From contig JBEBFT010000004.1 in NCBI GenBank assembly GCA_040081825.1, positions 11,523 through 75,522 on the forward strand: DNA of 64,000 bases. Reading direction: 5' to 3'. This document shows positions 36,629 through 46,491 of this stretch, one piece after another. Positions within the stretch are counted from its first letter, which is position 1. The number at the start of each line of letters is the position of its first letter. Source of the DNA: Candidatus Peribacteraceae bacterium (lineage in GTDB: Bacteria > Patescibacteriota > Gracilibacteria > Peribacterales > Peribacteraceae). Under the pieces are notes generated by a model. The model made no database searches. It saw only the letters and a list, made by a program, of their open reading frames with translations, and was not told the origin of the DNA. Both the position numbers and the translations under genes were made by a program.

Positions 36629-36681
36629 CATTTCTCAGGAGGTAGGCAAATTTGTTTAAAATTTTGTTACAATAACCTCAA

Positions 36682-36993
36682 ATGTATTGCGTATAGGTCA
36701 TAGAAAATGAAAGGCAGAAAAAATACATTGGCTATACAACTGACATAAAACGAAGGCTGAAGGATCACAATAGCCATCAGAATAGATCGACGATCAGCGG
36801 GATATGGAAACTAATTTATTGCGAAGTATACGTAAATAAAATGGACGCCTTGGGTAGAGAAAGATTTTTGAAAAGTGGTTCTGGCTGGAGGTACCTGAAG
36901 AAGCAGCTTATGCACTATTTAACAGAAAGACCCCAAGCTCAAAGTCCCATGCCTAACACGTACACTCATACAAGTCGGTCCCCTTCTTTGTGA
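36682..36993 (+). pseudogene. GIY-YIG nuclease-family gene interrupted by an in-frame TAG at codon 5
   Basis: MYCV*VIENERQKKYIGYTTDIKRRLKDHNSHQNRST...LIYCEVYVNKMDALGRERFLKSGSGWRYLKKQL. The TAG at 36694-36696 replaces the conserved Tyr of the GIY element. The locus is low in GC. Confidence 0.65.
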
Positions 36994-37138
36994 GAATCCA
37001 CAGCTCTCCATTCTCCTTTTTGCCAGACCAAGTCTTTCCATGTGGAGCGTCTCGGAGCGTCACTTCTCTGGGTAGAACGAGTGCTCCCGCTGCCCTCAGA
37101 GCAGTGAGCGATTGCTGCGAATCGAGAGGGTCGCTCAT
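36953..37138 (-). CDS. hypothetical 61-aa protein downstream of eno
   Basis: Track ORF 46 nt after the eno stop on the same strand. No family recognised. It overlaps the tail of the GIY-YIG pseudogene frame. Confidence 0.3.
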   Translation of the reverse strand: MSDPLDSQQSLTALRAAGALVLPREVTLRDAPHGKTWSGKKENGELWILTKKGTDLYECTC

Positions 37139-37184
37139 ATCCTGGAAAAGTAAGAAATGAAACTCACGCTGCTAATGGTGAAAC

Positions 37185-38435
37185 CTACGTCGCTCTGCCC
37201 CCAAGTTCCTCTTCGATCCTGAGGAGTTGATTGTACTTCGCCACTCTGTCTGTCCGACTTAAGCTACCGGTTTTGATTTGCCCAGTTGCAAGGCCCACAG
37301 CCAAATCGGCAATGAAGGTATCTTCGGTCTCGCCACTTCGGTGACTGACGATCGACTTCCAACCCGCTTTCCTAGCCATTTCGATCGCATCCACAGTCTC
37401 GGAGACAGTGCCGATCTGATTCAGTTTGATCAGAATCGCATTCGCAGCATGCGTGTCGATCCCCTGCTTCAGCCTGACGACGTTGGTCACGAATAGATCA
37501 TCCCCCACGAGCTGGACAGTCTTACCAAGCTTCTTCTGCATGAGCGCAAACCCATCCCAGTCGTCCTCTGCGTGACTGTCCTCGATACTGATAATCGGAT
37601 ACTTCGTACAGAGATCGGTATAGAAATCGACGAGCTCGGTACTGCTCATCGTTTTGCCATCGAGCGTATATGTACCATCTTTATAAAACTCGTTTGCTGC
37701 ACAGTCGAGTGCGATCTTCACTTTCCCTTCATATCCAGCCTGAGCAATCGCTTCGACAAGCGTTTTCATTGCCTCATCGGAATTCGTGAGGTGTGGTGCG
37801 AAACCCCCTTCATCGCCTACTGCTGTGGAGTGCCCCGCTTTTTTCAAGATGCTTTTGAGTGCATGGAAGATCTCGGCTCCGGCACGGAGGCGGTCGGTGA
37901 ACGAATCGAATTCTGTTGGCACGATCATGCATTCCTGGAAACTCAGACCTGAGTCTGCATGTGCGCCACCATTGATCACGTTCATGAGTGGCACGGGAAG
38001 AACTGGCTTCGCTTGTACCTTGAATTGCGTATGAAGTGACTTCCAGAGTGATTGCTTCTCGGATGCAGCGCGAGCACGAGACACAGCCATAGAAACTCCG
38101 AGAAGTGCATTGGCACCCAGTTTTGATTTGTTCGGTGTTCCATCAGCTTCGATAAGTAAACGATCGACAGCACGTTGATCTGATACATCTTTTCCTGTGA
38201 GTAGTGTCTGAAGAGTGGCTGTCACATTGTCACATGCAAGGAGTACGGACTTGCCGCCATACTTCTTCTTGTCGCCGTCACGCAGCTCCACTGCCTCGTG
38301 TGAACCCGTGGACGCTCCTGACGGCACCGCGGCTCGACCAAACGAACCATCGGAAAGAGTGCAGTCGACTTCGACCGTTGGGTTACCACGCGAGTCGAGG
38401 ATTTGACGGGCAATGAGAGAAGTGATGGTTGGCAT
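37185..38435 (-). CDS. eno: enolase
   Basis: [23 protein letters not shown]..., [24 protein letters not shown] lies 10 nt upstream of the ATG (38451-38446). Confidence 0.96.
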   Translation of the reverse strand: MPTITSLIARQILDSRGNPTVEVDCTLSDGSFGRAAVPSGASTGSHEAVELRDGDKKKYGGKSVLLACDNVTATLQTLLTGKDVSDQRAVDRLLIEADGTPNKSKLGANALLGVSMAVSRARAASEKQSLWKSLHTQFKVQAKPVLPVPLMNVINGGAHADSGLSFQECMIVPTEFDSFTDRLRAGAEIFHALKSILKKAGHSTAVGDEGGFAPHLTNSDEAMKTLVEAIAQAGYEGKVKIALDCAANEFYKDGTYTLDGKTMSSTELVDFYTDLCTKYPIISIEDSHAEDDWDGFALMQKKLGKTVQLVGDDLFVTNVVRLKQGIDTHAANAILIKLNQIGTVSETVDAIEMARKAGWKSIVSHRSGETEDTFIADLAVGLATGQIKTGSLSRTDRVAKYNQLLRIEEELGGRAT

Positions 38436-38469
38436 ATCGAACGCAAGTATAAGGATAAAGAGGAACGAA

Positions 38470-38580
38470 GAGAAGAACCAATAATCAGGCACTAATCATC
38501 AAATAAGAACCAATAACCAAGCACTAATCATCAAACTCACTCATTGGTCATTGGCATTTGGTGATTCGTTGATGATTGGG
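38470..38580. repeat. composite intergenic repeat: a 15-nt direct repeat (38489-38503, 38521-38535) plus heptamer run ATTGGTC ATTGGCA TTTGGTG ATTCGTT GATGATT
   Basis: Read directly. TTGATGATT (38569-77) is the inverted copy of AATCATCAA inside both 15-mers. Confidence 0.6.
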
Positions 38581-38599
38581 ACTCAGTAGTTCATAATGA

Positions 38600-39376
38600 T
38601 CACTTCTTCGAAACAACCAAAACTACCTTCTCACCATTCTTCACATCTCCTCCATTCCAGTCATGCATCGCATCCAACAATGTCTCCCATCGATACACGA
38701 ATGCCTCACCACGCTTGGTGCCTGGATCATTGGTTATTGCGTAGCCGTCATCCGTAAAGCCGCGCAGCACCAGCATGTGATAGGGAGGACCAGGTTGTCT
38801 GAAGTAAGGATTGCCGAGCGCTTGCCCATCTGCAGGCATGATGATGAGCGCACCATCTGACAATGCTGACGTCAGGTTATCGACCGTCGGATTCCAGAGC
38901 AGGCGCGCATCCAACTCCGGCGAAAGCGACAGAAGTACCTTTCGAACCTCGACAATCGTTGTATCGATCGCAAAACCAAGTGACTCGTTTCGAAGGAGGA
39001 CTGATTGCAGTAGCTCCTCCGCATGATCTGGGGACACAATCTCCTCGGACCGAAAATACTGCAACGTCATCAGTATACTCGCTTCTTCGCAGGCTTCTTT
39101 GTGCACCTCGTCCCACTCCCCGTGCGGCGCCTGAGAAGTAAACGGAACATCCCAATTGATACCCGTGAGATCTGGAGAAAAAGAGGAGGAGGAACCACTG
39201 GAAGTGAGTGCCATCCTCTCCTGCGCAGGTGGCCGCTCAACATCCAACTGCTCCAGGACTTTCTCTCGCCTCAGTTCAGCATTTCTGATCTTCTGAAAAA
39301 CTGTAAAACCGATACCTCCAATAAGGAATGCAGTCAGAAAATATGTCACGCAGGGTTTCAGTCGCATGGCACCCAT
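38600..39376 (-). CDS. membrane-anchored peptidase C39-like domain protein
   Basis: N-terminal TM, then INWDVPFTSQAPHGEWDEVHKEACEEASILM, a pattern of the C39-like (C39_2) family. The start is taken at the Met that avoids overlap with the upstream gene. Confidence 0.55.
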   Translation of the reverse strand: MGAMRLKPCVTYFLTAFLIGGIGFTVFQKIRNAELRREKVLEQLDVERPPAQERMALTSSGSSSSFSPDLTGINWDVPFTSQAPHGEWDEVHKEACEEASILMTLQYFRSEEIVSPDHAEELLQSVLLRNESLGFAIDTTIVEVRKVLLSLSPELDARLLWNPTVDNLTSALSDGALIIMPADGQALGNPYFRQPGPPYHMLVLRGFTDDGYAITNDPGTKRGEAFVYRWETLLDAMHDWNGGDVKNGEKVVLVVSKK

Positions 39377-39377
39377 C

Positions 39378-40403
39378 TTACACGCGATTGCGTGATCTAC
39401 TATGCAGTGTGCCCGCGTATAGAGCCACAAGCGTCAGGGCTAGAAGCACCACTCCTTCAGGCCCAGATTGGGTAAGGTGTGTTGGCTTCTTGATAGCTGG
39501 AGTAGAAGAAGACGAGGAAGTGAAGAGCGGTGGGCGTACGGTAACAACAGAAGCAACAGCAGTCTTCACGGAAGACGTAGCGGAAGAAGCGACGGAAGCT
39601 GAGGATGTTTTTCCAGAATCGCTATTTTTACCATCCCACCAGGCGAGCATATCTGCACCCATTCCACCGCCGCGCTTCAGAGTGTTTTTCTGACGCTGCA
39701 CGATATAACCCACACGCTTTTTAGCAATGGCGAACACTTCAGGGACCGACAGAGAGCTCTTGCTCTGATCGTAGGGGAAGAAGGCTCGTGCAAGTTCAGG
39801 ATTGATATTGAGGGACTCAGCCGAAAATGCGAGTGATGCGAAGAGCGCGCCGACCAGAACCATCGCACCGATGCGTGCCGCCTTTCTCCTGATGACATGC
39901 GAAGCAAAGACAGCAATGAAGAATAGGCCGAGTGCCACAAGTGGCATAGACCAAAGGTAGAAGAACCCGAGCCTGAGGACCTCCAAAATATTCATGTATG
40001 GCGCAGTGATGTGCATGACCATCCAGAGGAAGAACATACCCGCTGGAAACCAATGGAGAAGACGGAACTCGTAATCAGCACGATTCGATCGAAAGGTGCG
40101 TCGTAGGATAAGAGGATAGGCAATCGAAACGACGAAACCCGTAGCCCAGTACCACAGCCCCTGTGGAAGGACCGGCAGTAATGACAAATAGACACCTGCA
40201 AGACAGATTATGAGGCCTAGAACAATCAGATACGCCGTTTCTGTGTGATGCTTTAAAGGCATGGAGGATTGTGGATTCTCCCGAAACACACTTCCAATGT
40301 CAAGTCTTCTAAACTTCATCAAAAAGCCGATACCGAAGCCATGTGCGGACTCCCCTCTATTTCTTCTTCTTAGGCAGATAGCGATCGTACTCCGATGGCG
40401 CAC
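39378..40403 (-). CDS. hypothetical polytopic membrane protein with a Ser-rich C-terminal region
   Basis: 341-aa ORF with about 6 TM helices and a SASVASSATSSVKTAVASV low-complexity tail. Confidence 0.5.
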   Translation of the reverse strand: MRHRSTIAICLRRRNRGESAHGFGIGFLMKFRRLDIGSVFRENPQSSMPLKHHTETAYLIVLGLIICLAGVYLSLLPVLPQGLWYWATGFVVSIAYPLILRRTFRSNRADYEFRLLHWFPAGMFFLWMVMHITAPYMNILEVLRLGFFYLWSMPLVALGLFFIAVFASHVIRRKAARIGAMVLVGALFASLAFSAESLNINPELARAFFPYDQSKSSLSVPEVFAIAKKRVGYIVQRQKNTLKRGGGMGADMLAWWDGKNSDSGKTSSASVASSATSSVKTAVASVVTVRPPLFTSSSSSTPAIKKPTHLTQSGPEGVVLLALTLVALYAGTLHSRSRNRV

Positions 40404-40800
40404 TCACCATCCGCTCTACGGTGTAGTGCCGACGCTGGAACTGCCAAAACTGGAACAGTACGTATAAACCTAAACAGAATGCCCAGAGCAGCCACAGCAC
40501 GCGCATCGAAAGAAATTGAATCTGTTCAACTCGACTCACGGTGAGGAAAAGTCCCAGAATACCAAACCACATACATGCACTAGACCAGCTACGAGAGAGT
40601 GTCTTGGTCATGCCAGTCGCAAGCTTCCTGCGCCATCCCTTCAATAGAAATGATAGAACAATCAGAGCAGCGGAGATCGACAGAAGGAGAAGGACTGAGT
40701 TCGTAGAGTACGTCCAACCTGCGGGATTAGGCCAAAGCCAGTATGTGAGAAACTGCGTCATAGTGAATGGACTATAGGAAATAGAGGGTATCTCCGTCAA
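40357..40800 (-). CDS. hypothetical membrane protein
   Basis: 147-aa ORF with 3-4 TM helices, in an overlapping gene chain with its neighbours. Confidence 0.45.
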   Translation of the reverse strand: MTEIPSISYSPFTMTQFLTYWLWPNPAGWTYSTNSVLLLLSISAALIVLSFLLKGWRRKLATGMTKTLSRSWSSACMWFGILGLFLTVSRVEQIQFLSMRVLWLLWAFCLGLYVLFQFWQFQRRHYTVERMVSAPSEYDRYLPKKKK

Positions 40801-41234
40801 AGGGTGAGTGCGGGTTCCTGGGTCTTCGTTTCAGCCGGCATGTTTTTCAGTATCGATTTTTTCACGAACTTCTCGATCTTTTCCTTCTTCTCGGAAGTCT
40901 GAACAGGTGTCGATGCTACAGGGCTCTGCGCACGAAGGCGTACCAGCATCTCAGTGATGTCTTTCCTGAGCGCTCTATCGGCATTCGTCGTCGCAGGACG
41001 CATCAATAGATAGAGGAAGAAGCCAGCAACAGGAAGAGCAGCGGTGACGAGAATAGAAAAGACCTGGAAGAGTACCGATTGGCTGCGCAGGATCACATCA
41101 CGAGTCACGAAAAGTACAGAGTAGACGACGATGACGCTCGCACAGACTGCAGCGACCTGTAGAGCGAAGATCACTGGATCATCAGCAGAGAAGAACACTG
41201 AGAGAGAGCTCGGAAGAAAAGCGGAGAGATTCAT
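40797..41234 (-). CDS. small membrane protein with a PLDc_N-like (cardiolipin-synthase N-terminal type) two-helix domain
   Basis: VLFVTRDVILRSQSVLFQVFSILVTAALPVAGFFLYLLMRP fits the PLDc_N pattern. Weak call. Confidence 0.4.
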   Translation of the reverse strand: MNLSAFLPSSLSVFFSADDPVIFALQVAAVCASVIVVYSVLFVTRDVILRSQSVLFQVFSILVTAALPVAGFFLYLLMRPATTNADRALRKDITEMLVRLRAQSPVASTPVQTSEKKEKIEKFVKKSILKNMPAETKTQEPALTL

Positions 41235-41255
41235 ACTTGGTACGAGGAAATGTAT

Positions 41256-42245
41256 CTAAAGATGGGGATGCTTACGACGGTGCACGGTAACGTAAACGAC
41301 GATGCCGAGGAGTGCAAGTATCGCGAGTACCTGACTGAACCGAAGTTGATACTGCACAACACCAATCCATGGTCTGAGTATGACGTATGCGACTGTGAGT
41401 ATCATGATGAGCGAGCTGTAGATCGTGTTGACCCGTGGGGTCAATCGGTGCTCGATGAGTGCCAAGACACCAAGACTGACAAAGAGGAGTGCCATGAAGA
41501 AAAAGTCTGTGAGCATCGCAAATACCGGAATACCGAAGTCGCCACGCAAAAACTCGAGAAAGAAAACGCCGAGAGTCGCGATCACGATGCCGATCAACGT
41601 CTCGGAGCCCGAGCGCTTGGAATGCTTGCGAATGAGTAGGAGCAAGAACGTAAGTACCAAGAAGAACAGTGCGTAGTAGAGCTGCACTGGATGGATCGGC
41701 ACGGTATAACGAACACTAAAGGTATCAAATGTGACACCCCAGAATACATTTGTCGGCTTGCCGTACGCTTGTGCGGACATAAACTTGCCGAACCAGTCGA
41801 GTGCTAGCCCAAACGTCGTAGCGGGGAGAAGTACATCCAGCCACTGCAAAAATGTTGTTCGCTGCGCACGCGTTGTGAAGAAGAGAACAGTCGCAACTCC
41901 GACTGCACCACCCAAAAAGCTGAATGCTCCATCCCAAAGAATGAAGATCCTGAGAGGATTCTGGAGAAAGGGCTGATACTCCGCGATAACCGCGAGCAAT
42001 CTGCCACCGAGTATAAATGCGAGGAAATGCCACCTCGCAGCGTCACGGATGCCCTGCAAGCTAAGTCCCGCTGCATGTGCAAGCCGCATGAAGAATTCGA
42101 TCGCCAACCAAATAGCGAGAAGGAGAAACACGACACGGAACCAAATAATCATCGGGCCGACCTCGAAGGCTTCGAACATGTTTGTATTGTAGCGCAGGTC
42201 TACTGACCTGCGCGACCTTCGCAGCGTGGACTTGTCGAAAAGCAT
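41256..42245 (-). CDS. lgt: prolipoprotein diacylglyceryl transferase with a C-terminal extension
   Basis: LWDGAFSFLGGAVG, DWFGKFMSAQAYGKPT and HPVQLYYALF correspond to Lgt signature blocks. 329 aa. Confidence 0.8.
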   Translation of the reverse strand: MLFDKSTLRRSRRSVDLRYNTNMFEAFEVGPMIIWFRVVFLLLAIWLAIEFFMRLAHAAGLSLQGIRDAARWHFLAFILGGRLLAVIAEYQPFLQNPLRIFILWDGAFSFLGGAVGVATVLFFTTRAQRTTFLQWLDVLLPATTFGLALDWFGKFMSAQAYGKPTNVFWGVTFDTFSVRYTVPIHPVQLYYALFFLVLTFLLLLIRKHSKRSGSETLIGIVIATLGVFFLEFLRGDFGIPVFAMLTDFFFMALLFVSLGVLALIEHRLTPRVNTIYSSLIMILTVAYVILRPWIGVVQYQLRFSQVLAILALLGIVVYVTVHRRKHPHL

Positions 42246-42337
42246 AACCGAATTGTGCAGCGCGGATCAGTAGATCCACGCTGCTCGATGGATTGTTGTA
42301 GAGACGCCCCAGTGGAGCATCTCTACGGCTTTTTTTT

Positions 42338-44152
42338 CTACCTAATCGCCGCTTCCAGCTTGCGCCCCTGAATATCTGCAATCGTCTTCTCCGTAAACTC
42401 ATCAACCGACACCGTCACCTGCTTCTTCGTCTTCACATTCCTGACTGTCACAGACTTCTCTGCGATTTCTTTATCTCCCATCACAAGCAGGTAGGGCACC
42501 TTCATCTGCTCCCCTGCCCTGATGCGCTTGCCGAGTGACTCTTCTGACGAATAGAACTGCGTTCGGATACCGTGACCCTTGAGCTCGTTCTCCAGTGCCA
42601 GAGCATCTTTCTCATGTGCTTCGGCAACCGGAATGATGCCGACTTGTACGGGACTGAGCCACAGTGGAAAAAGTCCCGCAAACTGCTCGATCAAGAATCC
42701 GACGAAGCGCTCGTGTGTCCCGAGTGGTGCACGGTGAATGCAGAGAGGGATCTGTTCCTTGCCTGCTGAATCGGTGTAGCGAAGACCTACTTTGCCCGGC
42801 ACATCGAAGTCGACTTGGTTCGTCGCCAGCGTGAACTCGCGACCAATCGCACTCCAGACCTGCACATCGATCTTGGGTCCGTAGAATGCGGCTTCATTCG
42901 GCACTTCCACGTACTCAACCTTTGCCTTTTTCATGGCTCTGCGAACCATTTCCTCAGTCTCCAGCCACAGTTTGCCGTTATCGACATACTTCTTGCCCAG
43001 TTCCTTTGGATCATGGAGCGAGAGGCGCATCACGTACTTCTCGATACCGAAAAGTGTGAAGTACTTCAGGTACATCTCGGCAACGGCGATGAACTCCTGT
43101 TCGAACTGTTCGGGAGTGCAGTAAATGTGCGCATCGTTCATGCAGAGGGAACGCACGCGCATGAGTCCGAAGAGTGCACCCGAATCCTCGAATCGATAAC
43201 AGTGGCCGTACTCCGCAAGACGCATGGGGAGTTCGCGGTAACTCCTGGCTTGCGACGCAAAGATCTGATGATGATGCGGGCAGTTCATCGGCTTCAGGTA
43301 GTAGTCATCCTCTCCCCCATCCAGCTTCATCGGTGGAAACATCGATTCTTTGTAGTGCGCGAGGTGTCCTGTCTCCGCGTAGAGCGCGCCTTTTGCCAAG
43401 TGTGGTGTGCGAACACGCAGATAACCACCTTCTTTCTCCGTCTCTTTTGCAAGCCTCTCGACCTCATCCACGATGATCGTGCCACGCGCAGTCCAGAGCG
43501 GTAGTCCCGGACCTACTTTGTCGCTGAACGTGAAGAGATCTAACTCTTTGCCGAGCTTGCGGTGATCACGCTTCTTCGCCTCTTCGAGCATCGTGAGGTG
43601 TGCAGTCAGCTCCTCTTTCGTCTGGAACGCTGCAACGTAGATGCGCGTTAACTGCTCTCGCTTTTCATCGCCACGCCAGTACGCACCCGCGAGTGACATG
43701 ATCTTGAATGCATCGACAGGGATTTCCTTCAGATTCTCGACGTGTCCGCCGCGACAGAGATCGACGAATGTTTCCTCTCCCTTCGGACCAATGTTTGCGT
43801 AGTGAGTCACCTCTGTCACTTTGTCCTTCTTCTCCAGATCTTCGATCAGCTCGACCTTGAATCGCTGTTTCTGTTCACGCCAGTACGCCTTGGCATCTTT
43901 GACGCTGAGTGTATCGGAACGAAACGTCTGCCCCTGGTGAATGATCTTCTTCATTTCTTTCTCGATTGCACCAAAATCAGCATCGGAAATAGGCTGTGGG
44001 AAGAGAAAGTCGTAGTAGCAACCAGTGTCAATCGGTGGACCAATCGTAAGTTCTGTCCCTGGCCACAGTTTTTGGACAGCCTGCGCAAGAACGTGCGCAA
44101 GTGAGTGACGCAGTTTGTAGAGATCGTCGATGATTGGTTCAGCGGCTCCCAT
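42338..44152 (-). CDS. thrS: threonine--tRNA ligase lacking the N-terminal TGS domain
   Basis: 604 aa. It begins about 12 aa before the HSxAHxLA block (LRHSLAHVLAQAV) and has class II motifs (FRYEDSG-type, GLMRVRSLCMNDAHIY, HRAPLGTHERF). Confidence 0.95.
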   Translation of the reverse strand: MGAAEPIIDDLYKLRHSLAHVLAQAVQKLWPGTELTIGPPIDTGCYYDFLFPQPISDADFGAIEKEMKKIIHQGQTFRSDTLSVKDAKAYWREQKQRFKVELIEDLEKKDKVTEVTHYANIGPKGEETFVDLCRGGHVENLKEIPVDAFKIMSLAGAYWRGDEKREQLTRIYVAAFQTKEELTAHLTMLEEAKKRDHRKLGKELDLFTFSDKVGPGLPLWTARGTIIVDEVERLAKETEKEGGYLRVRTPHLAKGALYAETGHLAHYKESMFPPMKLDGGEDDYYLKPMNCPHHHQIFASQARSYRELPMRLAEYGHCYRFEDSGALFGLMRVRSLCMNDAHIYCTPEQFEQEFIAVAEMYLKYFTLFGIEKYVMRLSLHDPKELGKKYVDNGKLWLETEEMVRRAMKKAKVEYVEVPNEAAFYGPKIDVQVWSAIGREFTLATNQVDFDVPGKVGLRYTDSAGKEQIPLCIHRAPLGTHERFVGFLIEQFAGLFPLWLSPVQVGIIPVAEAHEKDALALENELKGHGIRTQFYSSEESLGKRIRAGEQMKVPYLLVMGDKEIAEKSVTVRNVKTKKQVTVSVDEFTEKTIADIQGRKLEAAIR

Positions 44153-44206
44153 ATGGCAGCAATGGTATCAGAGAATTGTCGAACAACGAAGATTCTGCAC
44201 TGCCTA

Positions 44207-44923
44207 CTATTTCACATCGAAACTCGCACGCACGATCGCCGTCACCTGCTTGGTAACCGTTGTGGTGTCATAGAGTCCATAGTCTGAGATTTCGATAGAG
44301 TTCACGGGAGCGACCTGGAATACCCCAACGCTCGCTGACTGCAGCTTGCCGAGGGAAGAACCGGCGCTCCTTGCGATACTGTCAGCACGCTTCTTGGCAT
44401 CCTCGGTTGCGCGTGACAGAAGTTCTACACGGAGTTCAGGAAGACGAGAGTACGTGTACTCCACACCTGAGGTAGAGATGACAGCACCCTGAGCGAGCAA
44501 CGTGCTACTATTTTTCGCAGCTTCGGTCACACGTGAAACGGAATTACTCTGAACAACAACCGACTGATGCAAGCGATAGCTACTTGGCACGTTACCGAGG
44601 TTGTAGTTGATATTCGTCTCGACACTCACCGGCTGCACCATGACAGAAGAACCTGAAAATCCTTGTTTCGCGAGATACGACAGAAGCACTTTTAGGCTGC
44701 TTGCGAGCGTCTCGCTCCCCTCTCTCAGGGTCAATGTGTCCTGTGTAACATGCTCGAGAGAAATCCGCCATGTAGCAGTATCAGATTCGATCACCTGCTG
44801 GGACGATCCTGTGACTGAAATATAGTTCTCGGATGCGCGAAGATTCTGAAGCGACATGCCGAGGATCAGCGAACACACGATGGCAGTGAGAGCAAAAACT
44901 GAGAGTGACAAACGAGAGAACAT
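44207..44923 (-). CDS. secreted SIMPL/DUF541-domain protein
   Basis: A signal peptide followed by ISVTGSSQQVIESDTATWRISL, a typical SIMPL start. Confidence 0.7.
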   Translation of the reverse strand: MFSRLSLSVFALTAIVCSLILGMSLQNLRASENYISVTGSSQQVIESDTATWRISLEHVTQDTLTLREGSETLASSLKVLLSYLAKQGFSGSSVMVQPVSVETNINYNLGNVPSSYRLHQSVVVQSNSVSRVTEAAKNSSTLLAQGAVISTSGVEYTYSRLPELRVELLSRATEDAKKRADSIARSAGSSLGKLQSASVGVFQVAPVNSIEISDYGLYDTTTVTKQVTAIVRASFDVK

Positions 44924-45002
44924 GCGGCACAGGGGGAAGTTCGTCTCTCATGGTGCCACAAAAAGGATCAGTAATCCATTTTCAATTATCAATTATTCAG
45001 TG

Positions 45003-46430
45003 CTATGCCGCGAGTCCCACTTCTCTCTCAATCGTCCTCACCTCACGCTTCAGCTGTGGATCATCGTCTAACTTGCTGGAGATCTTCTCGACCGCATGCA
45101 TAACCGTCGTGTGATCGCGATTGTTGAAGTTTTCGCCGAGGCGCACGTAACTCATGCGCAGATACTTCTTGCCGAGGTACATGGCGATCTGACGCGGCAC
45201 CAAGATGTCGCGCACACGCGATTCGCTGAGCATGTCAGGGACAGACACAGAGTAGAAACGACTGACGCCCTCCAGCACGTCCTGGAACGTCACCGATCGC
45301 TGGGGTGCAGGGACGAAACCGATGGGTGTCTCACGCTGCTGAGCTACGGGTTCGATCAGGCGCGCCATGATGTGCGAAATGCTCTTCACAGTCGGGACAC
45401 AGTGCTCCAGCTCGTACTGTGCGACGGCCTGCATCAGGATTCCTTCCAGCTGACGCACTGAACGCGTGGCATTCTCTGCGATGAACTCGATGACCTTCTG
45501 ATCTAAGAAGAGTCCGTACTCCTTTGCCTTCTCGGCCAGGATCGCGTGACGCGTCTCGTAATCGGGCATGCCAACATCGGCGATCATTCCGCGCTCGAAA
45601 CGCGATACTAAACGATCCTGCAGACCCATGAGCTCATGCGGAGGTCGATCAGAACTGATGACGATCTGTTTGTGCTCTTCGGTAAGGGAATTGAACGTGT
45701 GGAAGAGTTCTTCTTGCGTACGCTCTTTGTTTGCGAGGAACTGCACATCGTCCAAGATGAAGACATCGACCTGACGATACTTGCGCCTGAACTGCTCCAT
45801 CTTCTGATGCTGGATCGCCTCGATCACCTGATTCGTGAAATCTTCGGTGGTGGTGTAGAGCACCGTCGCATTCGGAATCGAACGAAGGATTGCATTTCCT
45901 GTCGCTTGCAGTAGGTGTGTCTTGCCCAGACCCACGCCGCCATAAATAAAGAGCGGGTTATATTTGTCCCCCGGCACAGCCGCAACTGCCTGACACGCAG
46001 CGTGTGCCAGACGGTTATTCGGTCCAACGACAAAGTTATCGAGCGAGTAACGTGGATTGAGGATCTTACTGATGAGCCCCTCGGCGATCTTCACCTCTGC
46101 CCTGCCCGGCACTTTGCGGCGTTTGGCTTCGGGGAAATGTTCCAGAATTGGCAAAGCGCGGGTGTAATCATCCTTCAGTGTCGTATCGACCTGATACACA
46201 ATCTGATCGATCGTCTCATCAACTTCTTTCAGTGCTGTGAGTGTCATCGTGCGATAGTGCTCAAGGTGCCAGTTGAGAAACATCGGCAATGGCAGCCCGA
46301 TGATGATCGTGTCTTTATCGCGACCGAGAACGGCAGTGTCTTTGAACCACGTGATGAACTGTCCACGCGGAAGCGTGGGTGCAATGCACTGCAGAGTGGC
46401 GAGCCAGAGATCGGAAGGTAAGAGGGACAT
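45003..46430 (-). CDS. dnaA: chromosomal replication initiator protein DnaA
   Basis: NPLFIYGGVGLGKTHLLQA, a DVFILDDVQFL box, and a C-terminal DNA-binding helix (IAMYLGKKYLRMSYVRLGENF..RDHTTVMHA). Confidence 0.97.
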   Translation of the reverse strand: MSLLPSDLWLATLQCIAPTLPRGQFITWFKDTAVLGRDKDTIIIGLPLPMFLNWHLEHYRTMTLTALKEVDETIDQIVYQVDTTLKDDYTRALPILEHFPEAKRRKVPGRAEVKIAEGLISKILNPRYSLDNFVVGPNNRLAHAACQAVAAVPGDKYNPLFIYGGVGLGKTHLLQATGNAILRSIPNATVLYTTTEDFTNQVIEAIQHQKMEQFRRKYRQVDVFILDDVQFLANKERTQEELFHTFNSLTEEHKQIVISSDRPPHELMGLQDRLVSRFERGMIADVGMPDYETRHAILAEKAKEYGLFLDQKVIEFIAENATRSVRQLEGILMQAVAQYELEHCVPTVKSISHIMARLIEPVAQQRETPIGFVPAPQRSVTFQDVLEGVSRFYSVSVPDMLSESRVRDILVPRQIAMYLGKKYLRMSYVRLGENFNNRDHTTVMHAVEKISSKLDDDPQLKREVRTIEREVGLAA

Positions 46431-46435
46431 GACGA

Positions 46436-46466
46436 GTGAAGAGTGATTAGTGGCTAGTGGTTAGTG
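46436..46466. repeat. heptamer tandem repeat GTGAAGA GTGATTA GTGGCTA GTGGTTA GTG, 6 nt upstream of the dnaA ATG
   Basis: Read directly. It is followed by the hairpin GCAGCC-ttcca-GGCTGC (46466-46482). Confidence 0.8.
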
Positions 46467-46491
46467 CAGCCTTCCAGGCTGCGGTAAAAAG

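Noticed and set aside
36694-36696. In-frame TAG as evidence for stop-codon reassignment.
   Set aside because: TAG clearly terminates other well-supported genes in the window, for example 19411..20166 and 52078..52551. All long housekeeping ORFs are intact under the standard code. A single nonsense mutation is the simpler explanation.
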